64,000 nucleotides of DNA from a virus. Positions 25,352 through 35,956 of this stretch are shown here, piece by piece. A program made the translations under genes and the position numbers. How positions within the stretch are numbered: position 1 is the stretch's first letter; each line of letters begins with the position of its first letter. Where the stretch lies: IMG/VR virus record IMGVR_UViG_3300036760_000150, positions 82,674 to 146,673 of that record; one strand, written 5' to 3'. The notes under the pieces are model-generated. The model saw only the letters and a list, made by a program, of their open reading frames with translations. It had not been told where the DNA came from and searched no databases.

Positions 25352-28183
25352 ATGGCGCTACAACAAGTCAATTCTGATGGCTCGGTACTTATTGTCCCGT
25401 CGTCATCTGTAAACATAACGGTTGCCACACAACCCACTGGTATCGCCACAAGTGGCATCTTAGCATTACTTGGTGAGGCGGACGAAGGTCCTGCTTGGAA
25501 CGACTCAGGAGAGAGTCTGTCAAGCCTCAGCTTTAGTCCTGTTGACAGCGATCGTGTCGCTGCCAAGTTCGGCTCAGGCCGTCTCGTCGACGCATTCAGG
25601 AACATCGGTCAACCCTCAGCTTCTCCTAAGGTCGGTGGTGGTCCTAACAGGATCATCCTCATCAAGACGAACTCGTCCACAAAAGCCTCCAGCACAACTG
25701 CTGATAGTTCTGGTACGTTCAGCGCCAAGCGTGCTGGACAGCCTGGGAACCTCATAAAATACAGCATCTCAGACAACGTCTCTGAGTCTGCTCCTACCAC
25801 AGACTCTTTCTCCTATGTGCCCTCGTCATCTTCGTCAGCTCTGGCTGCCAGGGTGAACGGTGGGTCTAGGCAGACCTTGTCTATCTCTGCCAACACTACT
25901 CCTACAGCGTTGGCCGCCTCTATAACGGCGCTCTCTAACTTGAACGCCGTAGGCGGCATCAACCGGAGTGTTCTCTCTGGTTTGTCTGGTCAGAACATCA
26001 GCCTGACAGTTGTGTCAGGTCAAGTCGTCGATATAGCGCTTGCTCTAGGTCAAGTTTTCGCAACCGCACCTCAAGTAGGTGACACTGCTCGCATACCTGC
26101 TGGATCAGTTATAGAAGGTGGTTCTGCTGAGAACGTAGGTTGGTACCTCGTGACGGCAGTCGTCAACACGACCTCGACGGCCAAGATCACTGCGACCAAG
26201 ATCACCTCTGGTGCTCCTGCCAACGTGGCAGCGACCCCTATCTCCGGCACCCCAGACAACGACCTTATCGACTACAGCTACATGAGAGTCGACGACATGA
26301 GTGGTGAGAACCGTAACATACTCACCGGTCTGGTTGGTCAGACAGCAACTGTGACTGTGGCAAGCTCTAGCTTGACGTTCACCCTGGCCTCTGGTCAGGT
26401 GTTCCCTTCGTCTCCTAAGATCGGTGACATAGTCTACATCCCATCAGGCTCTGCGTACCAAGGTGCAGGTAACGCCAACGTAGGTTGGTACTCTGTCACC
26501 TCGGTCAGCAACACGACCTCGTCAGCATTCCTGACCGCATCTCGGTTGTCAAATGGCAACCCTGTCGCTGTCGGCTCCACAGCCATCGTAGCTACGTCTG
26601 ATGTCCAAGACTACAGACGTGACATCGACGGTGTAGGTAAATCCCTTGAGATCCGTGACAACAGTGGCACCGTGAGTATCACGACCATATTAAAGCAGCT
26701 GGGTGTCAACTCATCTGTCACGTGGATCAGCTCCTCGTCATCGCCTCAACTCCTCGTCTCAGGCGCTGAGATGCAGAAGTCCGTCAGGTTGGTGAGAAGC
26801 TCCACGAACAGCTCTGAGACGTTCAACATCGGTGGTAACATATCGCTTCAGGTGAGCTACCAACCTAGCTCTACGTCTGGTACAGCTACCTTGACCATCT
26901 TGACGTCGTCTGGCACACGTAGACTTCAGACCTCTGTGTCTGGTGGTCCTGGTGTCAACCTAGACATCGACCTCAGCACGGTGCCTACGATCAACGACCT
27001 AGTCAACATAATCAACTCCAACACTGGCTACAGTGCCCAGGCGTTCACCGCCACTGAAGGACAGAGAAGCACCATGGTCCTTGACCAAGTGACAGCTATG
27101 GGTATCTGCACAGAGCTTGGAACCAAACCTGGCCGCATCAAGTCTGACCTCTACGACTTGACGCTGGGTCAGTCAGGGTTCAGGAACTCTGTACTCATCA
27201 CGTACTCGTCAGCGTCGCTCGCTGGCCTGCCCGAGTCTCAGTCTGACACATTCCTCTCTGGTGGAGCTAAAGGTGCATCTACCGGTCTTCAGTTCTCAAA
27301 CGCCATCGATGCGTTGAAATCTGTCAGATGCAACTTCGTCATCCCGTTGGTCAGTCAAGACGCGTCTGACGATGCTGCTGATGGTCTCACAGATGGATCT
27401 TCCACCTACCAGGTGGACGCTGTCAACCAACTCGTGAAGTCTCACGTGTTGGCTATGTCGACGCCTAAGATCAAACGTCACCGCATCGCTGTGGTGTCCA
27501 AGAAGGATACCTTCGACAACGCGAAGCAATCTGCTCAGAACATGTCTAGCTTCAGGGTCGCCCACACGTTCGAGGATGTGCTAGGGGTAGGGTCTGACGG
27601 TAACACCAAGCAGTTTCAGCCTTGGTTAGCAGCAGCTACAGCTGCCTCGTTCCAAGCTGCCGCGTTCTCTCGCACTATCTTCAACAAGGCCATCAACATC
27701 AGCGGTGCCCTTCAGGACGCTGGCGATTGGCACGACGAGAACGTCACAGACGTAGAGAATGCCCTACTCGCAGGTTTGCTGCCAATCGTTCGACAGTCTA
27801 ACGGTCAGTTGGTGTTCGCAAGTGACCAGATGACGTACGGTGTCGACAACAACTTCGTCTACAACAGCATGCAGGCTGTGTACACCTCAGACCTCATGGC
27901 TCTGAGTCTCGCTGACAGTCTCCAGACAGCTTTCGTCGGTGAGGTCACAGCTGATGTCACACCTGCTGCAGTCATCGCCTTCATCAAGTCTAAGATGATC
28001 GAGTTTTTGAACCTCAAGTTCACGGCCTCGACAGACAAGTTCCCCGCTGGATGGAAAGATATAACCGTCAACATCAGTGTACCTTCAATGTTCGTTAAAG
28101 TAGTTGCCATTCTATCAAGTGGGATTTACTTCATTCCTATCGATCTTGTCATTGAAGGTGTAAGTTCCAGTGCGGCTGCTTAA
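25352..28183 (+). CDS. Contractile tail sheath protein (enlarged)
   Basis: N-terminal GILALLGEADEGP...FGSGRLVDA, central FLSGGAKG, C-terminal FIPIDL; immediately followed by a tube-sized gene. Confidence 0.9.
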   Translation: MALQQVNSDGSVLIVPSSSVNITVATQPTGIATSGILALLGEADEGPAWNDSGESLSSLSFSPVDSDRVAAKFGSGRLVDAFRNIGQPSASPKVGGGPNRIILIKTNSSTKASSTTADSSGTFSAKRAGQPGNLIKYSISDNVSESAPTTDSFSYVPSSSSSALAARVNGGSRQTLSISANTTPTALAASITALSNLNAVGGINRSVLSGLSGQNISLTVVSGQVVDIALALGQVFATAPQVGDTARIPAGSVIEGGSAENVGWYLVTAVVNTTSTAKITATKITSGAPANVAATPISGTPDNDLIDYSYMRVDDMSGENRNILTGLVGQTATVTVASSSLTFTLASGQVFPSSPKIGDIVYIPSGSAYQGAGNANVGWYSVTSVSNTTSSAFLTASRLSNGNPVAVGSTAIVATSDVQDYRRDIDGVGKSLEIRDNSGTVSITTILKQLGVNSSVTWISSSSSPQLLVSGAEMQKSVRLVRSSTNSSETFNIGGNISLQVSYQPSSTSGTATLTILTSSGTRRLQTSVSGGPGVNLDIDLSTVPTINDLVNIINSNTGYSAQAFTATEGQRSTMVLDQVTAMGICTELGTKPGRIKSDLYDLTLGQSGFRNSVLITYSSASLAGLPESQSDTFLSGGAKGASTGLQFSNAIDALKSVRCNFVIPLVSQDASDDAADGLTDGSSTYQVDAVNQLVKSHVLAMSTPKIKRHRIAVVSKKDTFDNAKQSAQNMSSFRVAHTFEDVLGVGSDGNTKQFQPWLAAATAASFQAAAFSRTIFNKAINISGALQDAGDWHDENVTDVENALLAGLLPIVRQSNGQLVFASDQMTYGVDNNFVYNSMQAVYTSDLMALSLADSLQTAFVGEVTADVTPAAVIAFIKSKMIEFLNLKFTASTDKFPAGWKDITVNISVPSMFVKVVAILSSGIYFIPIDLVIEGVSSSAAA

Positions 28184-28202
28184 AAGTTAAGGAGATCATA
28201 AG

Positions 28203-28676
28203 ATGTCAGACATCATCCACGGTAGTAGAGCTTTAGTTAAGATCCAAGGGCAGCCTGTGGGTTTGTTCACACAGTGCTCATGGGGTCAGGCTATGGGCTT
28301 GGTACCTATCCACATCCTAGGTGCTTTCGCACCAGTTGACACAGTATGGACTCACCAAGACGCCATCGCGGTCGACCTGACTGGGTTCCACATGATCGAG
28401 AAAGATGTGTACGTGAAAGCTGGCATGCCTAAGCTGCAAGAGATGCTCACGAAAGGTGACATCACCATCACTGTCGAGGACAGGCAGACTGGCAAGGAGA
28501 TCATGAGCGTGTCCAACGTGAAGATGTACCGTTGGGGCACTGCCACCAACGCCCGCGACATCTCGACGTTCACGGTAAGCGGTCTCGGACTCAAGATCAC
28601 GACGTCTGGTAACCTCAGTGACGGTGAAGCGCCGAACGCGGCCCATCTGCCTTCTGACACCAGTCGTATAGTTTAA
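28203..28676 (+). CDS. Tail tube protein
   Basis: 157 aa directly after the sheath; G-x-x-A-x-V-K-I-x-G-x-x-V-G...V-E-D-R-Q-T-G pattern of myovirus tubes. Confidence 0.8.
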   Translation: MSDIIHGSRALVKIQGQPVGLFTQCSWGQAMGLVPIHILGAFAPVDTVWTHQDAIAVDLTGFHMIEKDVYVKAGMPKLQEMLTKGDITITVEDRQTGKEIMSVSNVKMYRWGTATNARDISTFTVSGLGLKITTSGNLSDGEAPNAAHLPSDTSRIV

Positions 28677-28703
28677 GAGTTTTTACTTGGGAGAATGTGA
28701 AGT

Positions 28704-29416
28704 ATGTTATCAAATGACCTAAAATTTAGGTTGACACATGCACTAACGAGTGAGCCTCTATCTGAGGAGTTATCTAGTACAATAGATGACATCAACAAGA
28801 GGTCAAGTGGCGAGAACGCGTACGACGGTGATAAGTCCTTTCAGCCGATCGCTCCAGATCTCAGCGTGTCTGATGACGTAGGCAGCGATGATGGGTCTAA
28901 CCCTAAGTTCATCGCAGCTGTGATGGGCAACATCCTTGGAGCGTCTCTAACCAAAGCTGCCAACTACCTTGCCGGTGTGATAGGTGCCTTCAGCGTCACT
29001 GGAACTAAAACATCTACCTACCCAACTGGTGCAGTCCTTGCGCAGGTCTCCGACGGTGTCACACAAGCTGACGGTGCAGTTGTCGCGTACGTCGACGGAG
29101 ACAGTGCAGTTACGAAGGCTAACGCAGCATTCAAGGCCATGTCTAACAACAGCAACGCTGGGTCTGGCTTTGACTACGGACTTGATCTTCGTTCACCTGG
29201 CCACGACGGCTACAACGCCCTCGCTATACTTAAGGCCAACAGTCGCTCCCCCAACGAGGTCTGTGACCTCGAAGGAAGTGGAGCACCAGTTGACGGTACA
29301 ACCGGCTTGAACTTCGCAGGCAAAGGTTCCCGCTACACCGACTACGCAGCTGGTGAGATGTACATCAACACCGGCACTAAAGCAGCCCAGTCTGGAAACA
29401 AGTAACTCACGCTTAA
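28704..29416 (+). CDS. Putative fibre/decoration protein (probable 1-nt deletion at 29386-29388; annotated stop 29405)
   Basis: The C-terminus GSGAP...AGKGSRYTD...MYINTGT continues as APVWKQVTHA* if one C is restored. Confidence 0.6.
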
Positions 29417-29435
29417 CTAAGGAGAAGAATATTTT

Positions 29436-30473
29436 ATGAGCGCACTTTCTAAAGAAGCAGCCGACCGCCTCAAAGGTGCTTTGACATCAAACGAGATCGG
29501 TGATGAGATCGCAGAGATACTTCATAAAGTATCACATCTTGGTAGTTCTTTGTCTAGGTATGTAGACCCCAACAAGGGGAGTGATACCAAGGGAGACGGA
29601 ACTGCAAGTAGCCCATTCAAGACGTTGAAGAGGGCTCAGTCTACGATCACAGATGCATCGATAGACAGGCAGTACGTCTTGTTCTGTTCTCCAGGTACTT
29701 ACTTGGAAGCGTCAGACTACGAGTACAAACCAAACATCTCCATAGTGGGTGCTGGCATCGGGGTTACCATTATCGGTAGAGAAGATAACGGTCCTATGTA
29801 CCTTCACTACGGTACAGATCCATCTTTCAACTTGTTCATGAACGCGTCCTTCAACAGCAGCGAGAACATCATCGAGCGTCGTCCTGGTGAGTTCAACGAC
29901 GGTAACACCTGGTTCCTCGACTCTGAGGTCTTTGGACTGTCCGCTACTGGGTCTGGACTTGATGACCTGATCGGGTACGATGCCATAACAGTTCAAGGCT
30001 GTCTTATCAGAGGGTCTCCGTTCTTCGGTGCCGTCTCTGCTAACATAGTTAACTCACGTACCAACCCAGATGTGTACATCTACACGGAAGGGGTTGATGG
30101 AGTTAATACATCGCCAGTCAGAAGCACCATCTACAACTGCAAACTTAGCCGTGTAAAGGTCTACGAGTTTGCCCAGGTGGTTGCACGTAACTCCCAGGTC
30201 AACAAGTGGTTCCTGAACGGTACAGACTGTTTTGTGTCTAGAGATGTTGTCTCTATGACAACTACCCCAGACGGCTACATCGGTGGGGCAACTGTCGACC
30301 AGACTGAGATGGTCAGTCCAGTGTCAATGTTGGATCAAGGTACAGTCAAGACGTCATCGATGACCACAGCTGAGCGAGATGCACTTACTGCAAAAGCAGG
30401 TATGATCATCTTCAACACAAGTACGTCAAAGCACCAAGGTTTTGATGGTACATCTTGGAACAACTTATACTGA
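29436..30473 (+). CDS. Fibre/spike-like protein with a pectin-lyase-like beta-helix
   Basis: YVDPNKGSDTKGDGTASSPFKTLKRA...PGTY (DUF1565-type start); C-terminal MTTAERDAL...GMIIFNT...GFDGTSW. Confidence 0.7.
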   Translation: MSALSKEAADRLKGALTSNEIGDEIAEILHKVSHLGSSLSRYVDPNKGSDTKGDGTASSPFKTLKRAQSTITDASIDRQYVLFCSPGTYLEASDYEYKPNISIVGAGIGVTIIGREDNGPMYLHYGTDPSFNLFMNASFNSSENIIERRPGEFNDGNTWFLDSEVFGLSATGSGLDDLIGYDAITVQGCLIRGSPFFGAVSANIVNSRTNPDVYIYTEGVDGVNTSPVRSTIYNCKLSRVKVYEFAQVVARNSQVNKWFLNGTDCFVSRDVVSMTTTPDGYIGGATVDQTEMVSPVSMLDQGTVKTSSMTTAERDALTAKAGMIIFNTSTSKHQGFDGTSWNNLY

Positions 30474-30491
30474 TAGGAATAAGGATAATAT

Positions 30492-30668
30492 ATGGCAAAA
30501 CCAACTAAAACTACGAAAACAGTTGTGGTCTGCAACAGCAACGACCCCGATAAGCGTCCTCTGAAGGCTGCGACATGGGAGAAGGAAGATGAACCATGTT
30601 TGAAGATCGAGGATGTCAAGAGTGGCCCCAACGCAGGTAAATGCGTCGCCACAGTTCAAGACGGCTGA
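30492..30668 (+). CDS. Small hypothetical protein (58 aa)
   Basis: AAGGA RBS; MAKPTKTTKTVVVCNSND...; lies just before the terminator. Confidence 0.55.
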   Translation: MAKPTKTTKTVVVCNSNDPDKRPLKAATWEKEDEPCLKIEDVKSGPNAGKCVATVQDG

Positions 30669-30694
30669 TATCTTCCTAACATTCTTTTAAATTA

Positions 30695-30731
30695 ACCCCT
30701 GATGGTTACTCTGTCAGGGGTCTTTTTTTTT
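30695..30731 (+). terminator. Rho-independent terminator ending the late operon
   Basis: ACCCCTGATGG-loop-CTGTCAGGGGT followed by a T run, at a convergent gene junction. Confidence 0.9.
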
Positions 30732-30735
30732 GAAG

Positions 30736-31278
30736 TCACATTAAACTATGTGAATTGCATATGACGGCAATTATGACGTAGTGAGTTAGATGGTGAACCA
30801 TCTGATCAAAGCCTAACGACCACCAGAACAGCTTGTTGCTGCGAAGACGATCGTGCCACTCAAGCTTCTCCGTGTTCAGTCCAGCTCGCACCTCGGCAGC
30901 CATAGGAAGAGTTTCTTGTGATAAACTGAGATCTCTAATCTCTTGTGTGAACTGAGATACTACGTCGTTGTGTTCTTTAAAATCATCCTTAGTCAACGCG
31001 GTGTAACGACCAAGCATCTTGGGTGAGGCTTTTATACGATCCATGATGAAGTGTGCAGTGAAGTCGAACAATGCCAGACATGACGCTAACAGGCCAACCC
31101 CAGCATACATAGACGCGATAACTATGGTGAACAGGCTGTGAACTGCGCAGTGTGTAGCCAACGGTTGCACCCATCCTTTATCTTTGAACTTCCCCAGCAT
31201 GTAAGGTGTCTGAAGCGGGTAGTCGGCCAGGAAGTGTTTGATCTGGTATATGACAATCAACAGCAACATTTCGTTCAT
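30736..31278 (-). CDS. DUF3307-like membrane protein
   Basis: KHFLADYPLQ...H..VH...HFIMD..K...GFDQMVH. Confidence 0.8.
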   Translation of the reverse strand: MNEMLLLIVIYQIKHFLADYPLQTPYMLGKFKDKGWVQPLATHCAVHSLFTIVIASMYAGVGLLASCLALFDFTAHFIMDRIKASPKMLGRYTALTKDDFKEHNDVVSQFTQEIRDLSLSQETLPMAAEVRAGLNTEKLEWHDRLRSNKLFWWSLGFDQMVHHLTHYVIIAVICNSHSLM

Positions 31279-31899
31279 AGGACTTCTTTTAATACCTTCT
31301 GTAACTTCTTGATCCCAGCTTTCTTGAGTATTACTGTAGAGTTCATCATGTAGCTGCCACCCACATACTGGCTCAATACGATGTCGCCGTCAGAATAGAC
31401 TTCGGCATGTATCGAGAACTTCCTGCCAACTCTTATCTTCGTCGTTTTAATCTTCATGAGAGACATATTCTTTATCCCTCACCCTCTTTGGTTATCAGAT
31501 CGTTAAAAGCTGTCACTTCTTCTGCAGAGAGCGCAGCGGATTTACCCTCGTCTAAGAAACATTCAGCCTCATCTTTGCTTAGAACTCTGACCGATACTTC
31601 ACTTAGTTCACGAGAGGTGTCATACTCGGTTTGGTCGATCGGTGAGTTGCATTGGTAAGACTCAAGCTCCATCAAGCCGTAGATCTCATAAACATGATCG
31701 TCTTCGTCTGGATTGATGCCAGCTTCCTTGACGAACTCCTCAAGCTCGCTCCATTCCATCATAGATAGCTCTTCTCTGGCCCACCCACTAGCGTCGTTAC
31801 CTAGTGTGAACGTGAAAGCTAATGGGAACACGTCGTTGTGCAACACCTCGATGCCACGGTGACTGTCAACTCTCTCGCATATGACTCTGAAGTAAGCTT

Positions 31900-32205
31900 T
31901 CATGAGTTTTCCTTGGTTGTGATCTTCTTAACTTTCATCTCAGCCCATCTATCATGAGCGATATTATCGCATTCCTCGAATTTTTTCAAGTTCTTCTTTG
32001 TGCCCTCGATGACTATCTCTGTGCGCCCTTCATGATTATGTAGATCTATGAGATCTTTAACTTTAAGAAAGGTTGTAACTGTCTTGTGTTTGGTTATCCA
32101 CGTGAAGCTACCAGTTCCATCACCAAAGATAATCCCTTCAGCCACCACGCCAACGCCGCTGTTTCCGTGCACATCGATATGTCTCATAAGATAGAACTTC
32201 TTCAT
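31900..32205 (-). CDS. Conserved phage hypothetical protein
   Basis: FYLMRHIDVHGNSGVGVVAEG...HNHEGRT pattern. Confidence 0.6.
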   Translation of the reverse strand: MKKFYLMRHIDVHGNSGVGVVAEGIIFGDGTGSFTWITKHKTVTTFLKVKDLIDLHNHEGRTEIVIEGTKKNLKKFEECDNIAHDRWAEMKVKKITTKENS

Positions 32206-32849
32206 TTTCTTTCTTCTACCCAGCTACAGCATCCTCTTCTACATCGACCCATCATGGTGTTAGGATGTACAAGTAGAACTGGCCCATACCACTTAAAGAG
32301 GTGTTTTTTACCCTTCCAGTTAGGCCTTCTCAAGTCTAACAGATCTACCTGCAGTAACCAGCCGGATCTAAGCTTCTTGAGAAATCTCATGTCTCTTCCT
32401 TATATGTGTCCAACAGTTTCATGCCACGATCCTTTGTGTCTACAAGTAGACGCTTGGCAAGGATTGCAGATCTCTGCTCATCCAACGTGATCTGGTACAG
32501 TCTGTTGTCGATCACTATGTTGATGTTCAATAGGCCGTGCGTGTTGAAGTATGCATCTAGGTGATTCATACCGAGGTCTTCCGAGAGGTCATGGAGCTTC
32601 TTCCTGTAGATCTTCGATGTGATATTCCTGGACGTCACGGTGCTTTTGATGTTCATACTGCCTCCATAACATGAGTTATCTCTCCCATAGCTACCCTGAC
32701 GCCCTCTTTGGTGAAGTACCACACGAACCTCGTTCGATCATCTCTGCGGTCTATCGTCACAGTGCCGTTGTAGTAGATAGAACGCCAGTACCGCACCTTG
32801 GTGTCCTTTGGTAGATTTGTCTTGTCTATGTGAGGTTGGTATGAACCTA

Positions 32850-33582
32850 TCATGCGGCCTCCATCTTTGAGATCTTCTCTCTTATAGATGACTTGGGGAA
32901 CCACGTGTTGACGTGTGTGGTTGTTTGCAGCGAAGTTCTCAGCTCGTCGAGAGATCCTTCGGTGAAGCTCACGCCGATGTTCTCAGCGCATTATAGGGCC
33001 AATGCCAGCAGTGACCGACCGAGGATCTGTCAAGGTGAGACCGCAGATGGCGCACCGCGACATCCTCTGCCCAGACAGGATGAAGGTGGCCTTGTAGGCG
33101 CGGTCTGTCTCGCACTCAACAGACGTAACCTCAAGCGTGTAGTGCGGCCTCGTCAGCCCTGCCTTCTGTCCCACCTCTCTGGCCAGCCACCTTGACACAT
33201 TGATGATGTCGCCAGGTTTGAGACTGAAGTTGGTGGTCTGTCGTGCAGAAGTAGGTTGTACAGTAGTTCTGGTGATCGCTTTCCTGACGCTGGCCACCTG
33301 CTTGGGTGAGAGGTGTCCTTTGAACGCCAGCTGCGACTTGAGGCTGATGTAGAAGTGGAAGTTGCCGGTGTACTGTTTCAACCACTCCACGACGTCGGCG
33401 TTCTCCACGTGGAACGGTTTGGTAGAGTGCACCTGGGATACGCCGTGGAAGTCGTCGCAGTTGAAGTTGTCTGGCACACACAAAATAGTAGGCTCGGCGG
33501 TCGCTGTTGCGCCGCTGCTCATGAGGAAGTCGCGGAACTGCGATATGTACTTAGGATCTGTCTCAGTGATCTTGACCAACAT
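32850..33582 (-). CDS. DUF6011-like Zn-ribbon protein (probable +1 A near 32991; annotated ORF stops at 32983)
   Basis: CAICGLTLTDPRSVTAGIGPI(C). Removing one base restores GIGPIC and gives an ATGA overlap with the next gene. Confidence 0.65.
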
Positions 33583-33600
33583 GATACCCCCTAGACACAT

Positions 33601-33630
33601 AGGATACTACGATGTGGTGTTGAAAGTCAA
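33601..33630 (-). promoter_or_regulatory. sigma70-type promoter
   Basis: TTGACT-N18-TATCCT. Confidence 0.55.
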
Positions 33631-33662
33631 CTAGTATAAAATGTAATGATAATAAGTAGTTA

Positions 33663-34052
33663 TCAGCAATTATTCATCAAATAGGCGCTGTAAGCTCTAA
33701 AACACTTGGAAGAGCATACGGTATTGTCATTGTAATCTTTGCCTACGTAATACATCTCGCCGCAGTTGGCACATCTACCTCTAGGGTAATTTCTGACTGG
33801 GTGTGAGTTGTCCACCTCTTCGTAGGATATAATAGCTGGGAACTGTGCTTTAGTTGGGTCAATTACCGCACCGTCTGGTGTCTTCAACCACCAATGCTCT
33901 CTCTTGCCCCAGAATGCATCTTCTACGAAGCCGTTGGTGATCTCTAGTTCGGGGTACTCAGCTTTCATGAGTTTTACAGCCTCTGCGCATAGACCGCAGG
34001 CTGTATCGCGGTTGTACTTAGATTTTATCCATTCTTCGTATCTGTCCATCAA
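33663..34052 (-). CDS. Hypothetical protein with a transglutaminase-like C..H..D pattern and C-terminal Zn finger
   Basis: GLC...EHWWL...VIDPT; CANCG...CSSKC. Confidence 0.5.
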   Translation of the reverse strand: MMDRYEEWIKSKYNRDTACGLCAEAVKLMKAEYPELEITNGFVEDAFWGKREHWWLKTPDGAVIDPTKAQFPAIISYEEVDNSHPVRNYPRGRCANCGEMYYVGKDYNDNTVCSSKCFRAYSAYLMNNC

Positions 34053-34681
34053 TCTACACCAAAGAACCTAGGTGTACCATCAGGATAGAACCTCAAGGTA
34101 TCTTCTTTTGGGTTGTTGTAGTCTATGGTTGCGCATGCTTTGGATATTTCAAGTAGTGTGCCGTTGCAGGCTGTGTAGCCTTTCTGGATGTACTTCTGCA
34201 TGCGCTCAAGTGTTGATAGTGGAAATGTGATCTTGTTGACACGCAGATGTTTGGCCAACGTGTCTTGGAAGAATGTTTGGTTACAACGGAAGGCATCATC
34301 TACCAACATGGCACAGCATATAGTGTAGTCGAACGAGTCGATCACTGCTGTAGTGGTCATATCGTAGTACTTACTTTTGATTAACTGGAACCATCTGCCT
34401 TCCCATTTGATGTTCAACAAGGCGTCGTTCTCATTGATGATCTTAACTGCGTCGCCATTCTTAGCTAGCTTGTTCCAATATTTTATCAAGGTATCTTCTG
34501 CCTCTTTGTCGTTTGAGAATATGTCGATGTCCTTGATCTCAACGTCAGATAGGTAGTCTCTTATGGCTCCACCAGCTATTGCATACTTCTTTGGATCAAG
34601 CTGATCAGCTGCGATCTTCTCAAAGAAGATCTTCTTGTAGTAGAACTTCATCTTGTCAAGGTTTTTCATCATCAGTCCCAT
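34049..34681 (-). CDS. Pol-beta-superfamily nucleotidyltransferase (PAP/CCA-enzyme-like head)
   Basis: IAGGAIRD...KDIDIF...SFDYTIC. Confidence 0.85.
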   Translation of the reverse strand: MGLMMKNLDKMKFYYKKIFFEKIAADQLDPKKYAIAGGAIRDYLSDVEIKDIDIFSNDKEAEDTLIKYWNKLAKNGDAVKIINENDALLNIKWEGRWFQLIKSKYYDMTTTAVIDSFDYTICCAMLVDDAFRCNQTFFQDTLAKHLRVNKITFPLSTLERMQKYIQKGYTACNGTLLEISKACATIDYNNPKEDTLRFYPDGTPRFFGVD

Positions 34682-35156
34682 AAGTCACCCATGTAGCTAT
34701 AGGTTCATCGTTCCATCCAAGGATGTGTAACTTACTCTTCTTTCTGCGTGTGACACCATTGATGTACTCCGGGCAGTCTGCGCACTCTAGTATCTCAGCT
34801 CTCAGATGAGGGTGTTTCTTCATGGCCTTCCAGTACGCATGTGAGTACACTTTTCGTTGCCACCAGAAGAACACTTCATGTAAGAACGGAATCTTGTTTA
34901 GGAAAGGAGTGATGACCTTCTGATCTAAGGTGATGAGCCATCCAGGGAACCACCCGTAGTTGTACCATCCAGGGAGACATAAGCCGTGCAGTGATAAGTT
35001 ACCGAACTGGGCATAGAATCTTAAAGTGCCGTATTTTTCTTTTGATTGTCCGCCAAGTCGTCCCCAACGTACACATGTACTCTTTACGATGTATACACAG
35101 TCGTTAAGTCCTTCCCAGTCGAAATCTTCCTCACCCCATTGATGATCAGCCATCAC
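34656..35156 (-). CDS. Hypothetical protein
   Basis: QSKEKYGTLRFY motif, common in phage proteins. Confidence 0.6.
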   Translation of the reverse strand: MMADHQWGEEDFDWEGLNDCVYIVKSTCVRWGRLGGQSKEKYGTLRFYAQFGNLSLHGLCLPGWYNYGWFPGWLITLDQKVITPFLNKIPFLHEVFFWWQRKVYSHAYWKAMKKHPHLRAEILECADCPEYINGVTRRKKSKLHILGWNDEPIATWVTYGTDDEKP

Positions 35157-35728
35157 ATCCTCCTTCCAGATCTACCGTAACCCTTCCACTCAGCTGTGGT
35201 GCATAGATCGCGCTCAGCTTGTACCCTGGTGGCCCACTCGTATGGTACAATAAGTTTACCTTTGGTCAGCCATCCTTCCAGGGCGATCTTGACGTCAAGT
35301 AACACATCGGAACCTGTGTCTGGCACGACAACCCATCTGTCTAGCATGTTTTTGTCCTGTAAGATCTCTGCCTGCTCTTTGGTGGGAGGAGTGTCCTCTA
35401 TCATGAACCACTGGTCGTCAAGGCCACCAGTGGTGTAGATAGCCTGCAGCTTCTCCGCTCTACCAGCAAGCGGGTGCCATCCTGGGTCTTTGTTGACCTT
35501 GAAACCCTTCTCGTCTGTCTCTGTGGGCCACCAGTTGTGTATCACTTCACCTTCGCCAGCTGCAATCATGACAACCATGTCTTTCCTTGAGTTGTAGCTG
35601 ACCCAGTAGATGTCGAAGTGCTTTTTCGCCCAGTTGACCAAGGTCTTGATGTAAGGCCTTAGTTGCCACTCACCTCCGTAGTGGGCGTACAGGACTCCGT
35701 CGATGTCTAAGTACAGACGTCCTTTCAT
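35153..35728 (-). CDS. HAD-superfamily phosphatase
   Basis: LYLDIDGVL (DxD), WVS, K...IED. Confidence 0.75.
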   Translation of the reverse strand: MKGRLYLDIDGVLYAHYGGEWQLRPYIKTLVNWAKKHFDIYWVSYNSRKDMVVMIAAGEGEVIHNWWPTETDEKGFKVNKDPGWHPLAGRAEKLQAIYTTGGLDDQWFMIEDTPPTKEQAEILQDKNMLDRWVVVPDTGSDVLLDVKIALEGWLTKGKLIVPYEWATRVQAERDLCTTAEWKGYGRSGRRM

Positions 35729-35956
35729 GAGTTTTTTAAGCTCCTCACATATTCTCCTATCAATCCAATTTTGTTGGAAATTTAAGTGCCATATCTCGTA
35801 ACTTCTTCTCTCCGTGAATCAGCCGTATAAGGTGGTAGTTGACGAAGTTAAGTTTCCTGGTAGTGGTGATCTCCCGCCCTTTACGATACCAGTACATAGT
35901 TGAGTAGTAGAACAGACCTCTCCTGTGCCAGTACGTGACAGACACTGTCTTAGACG

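Noticed and set aside
5040-30668. Major capsid, portal, terminase or prohead protease genes
   Set aside because: No ORF here shows their recognisable motifs; they are presumably outside the window, so the cleavage hypothesis cannot be tested from this sequence alone.
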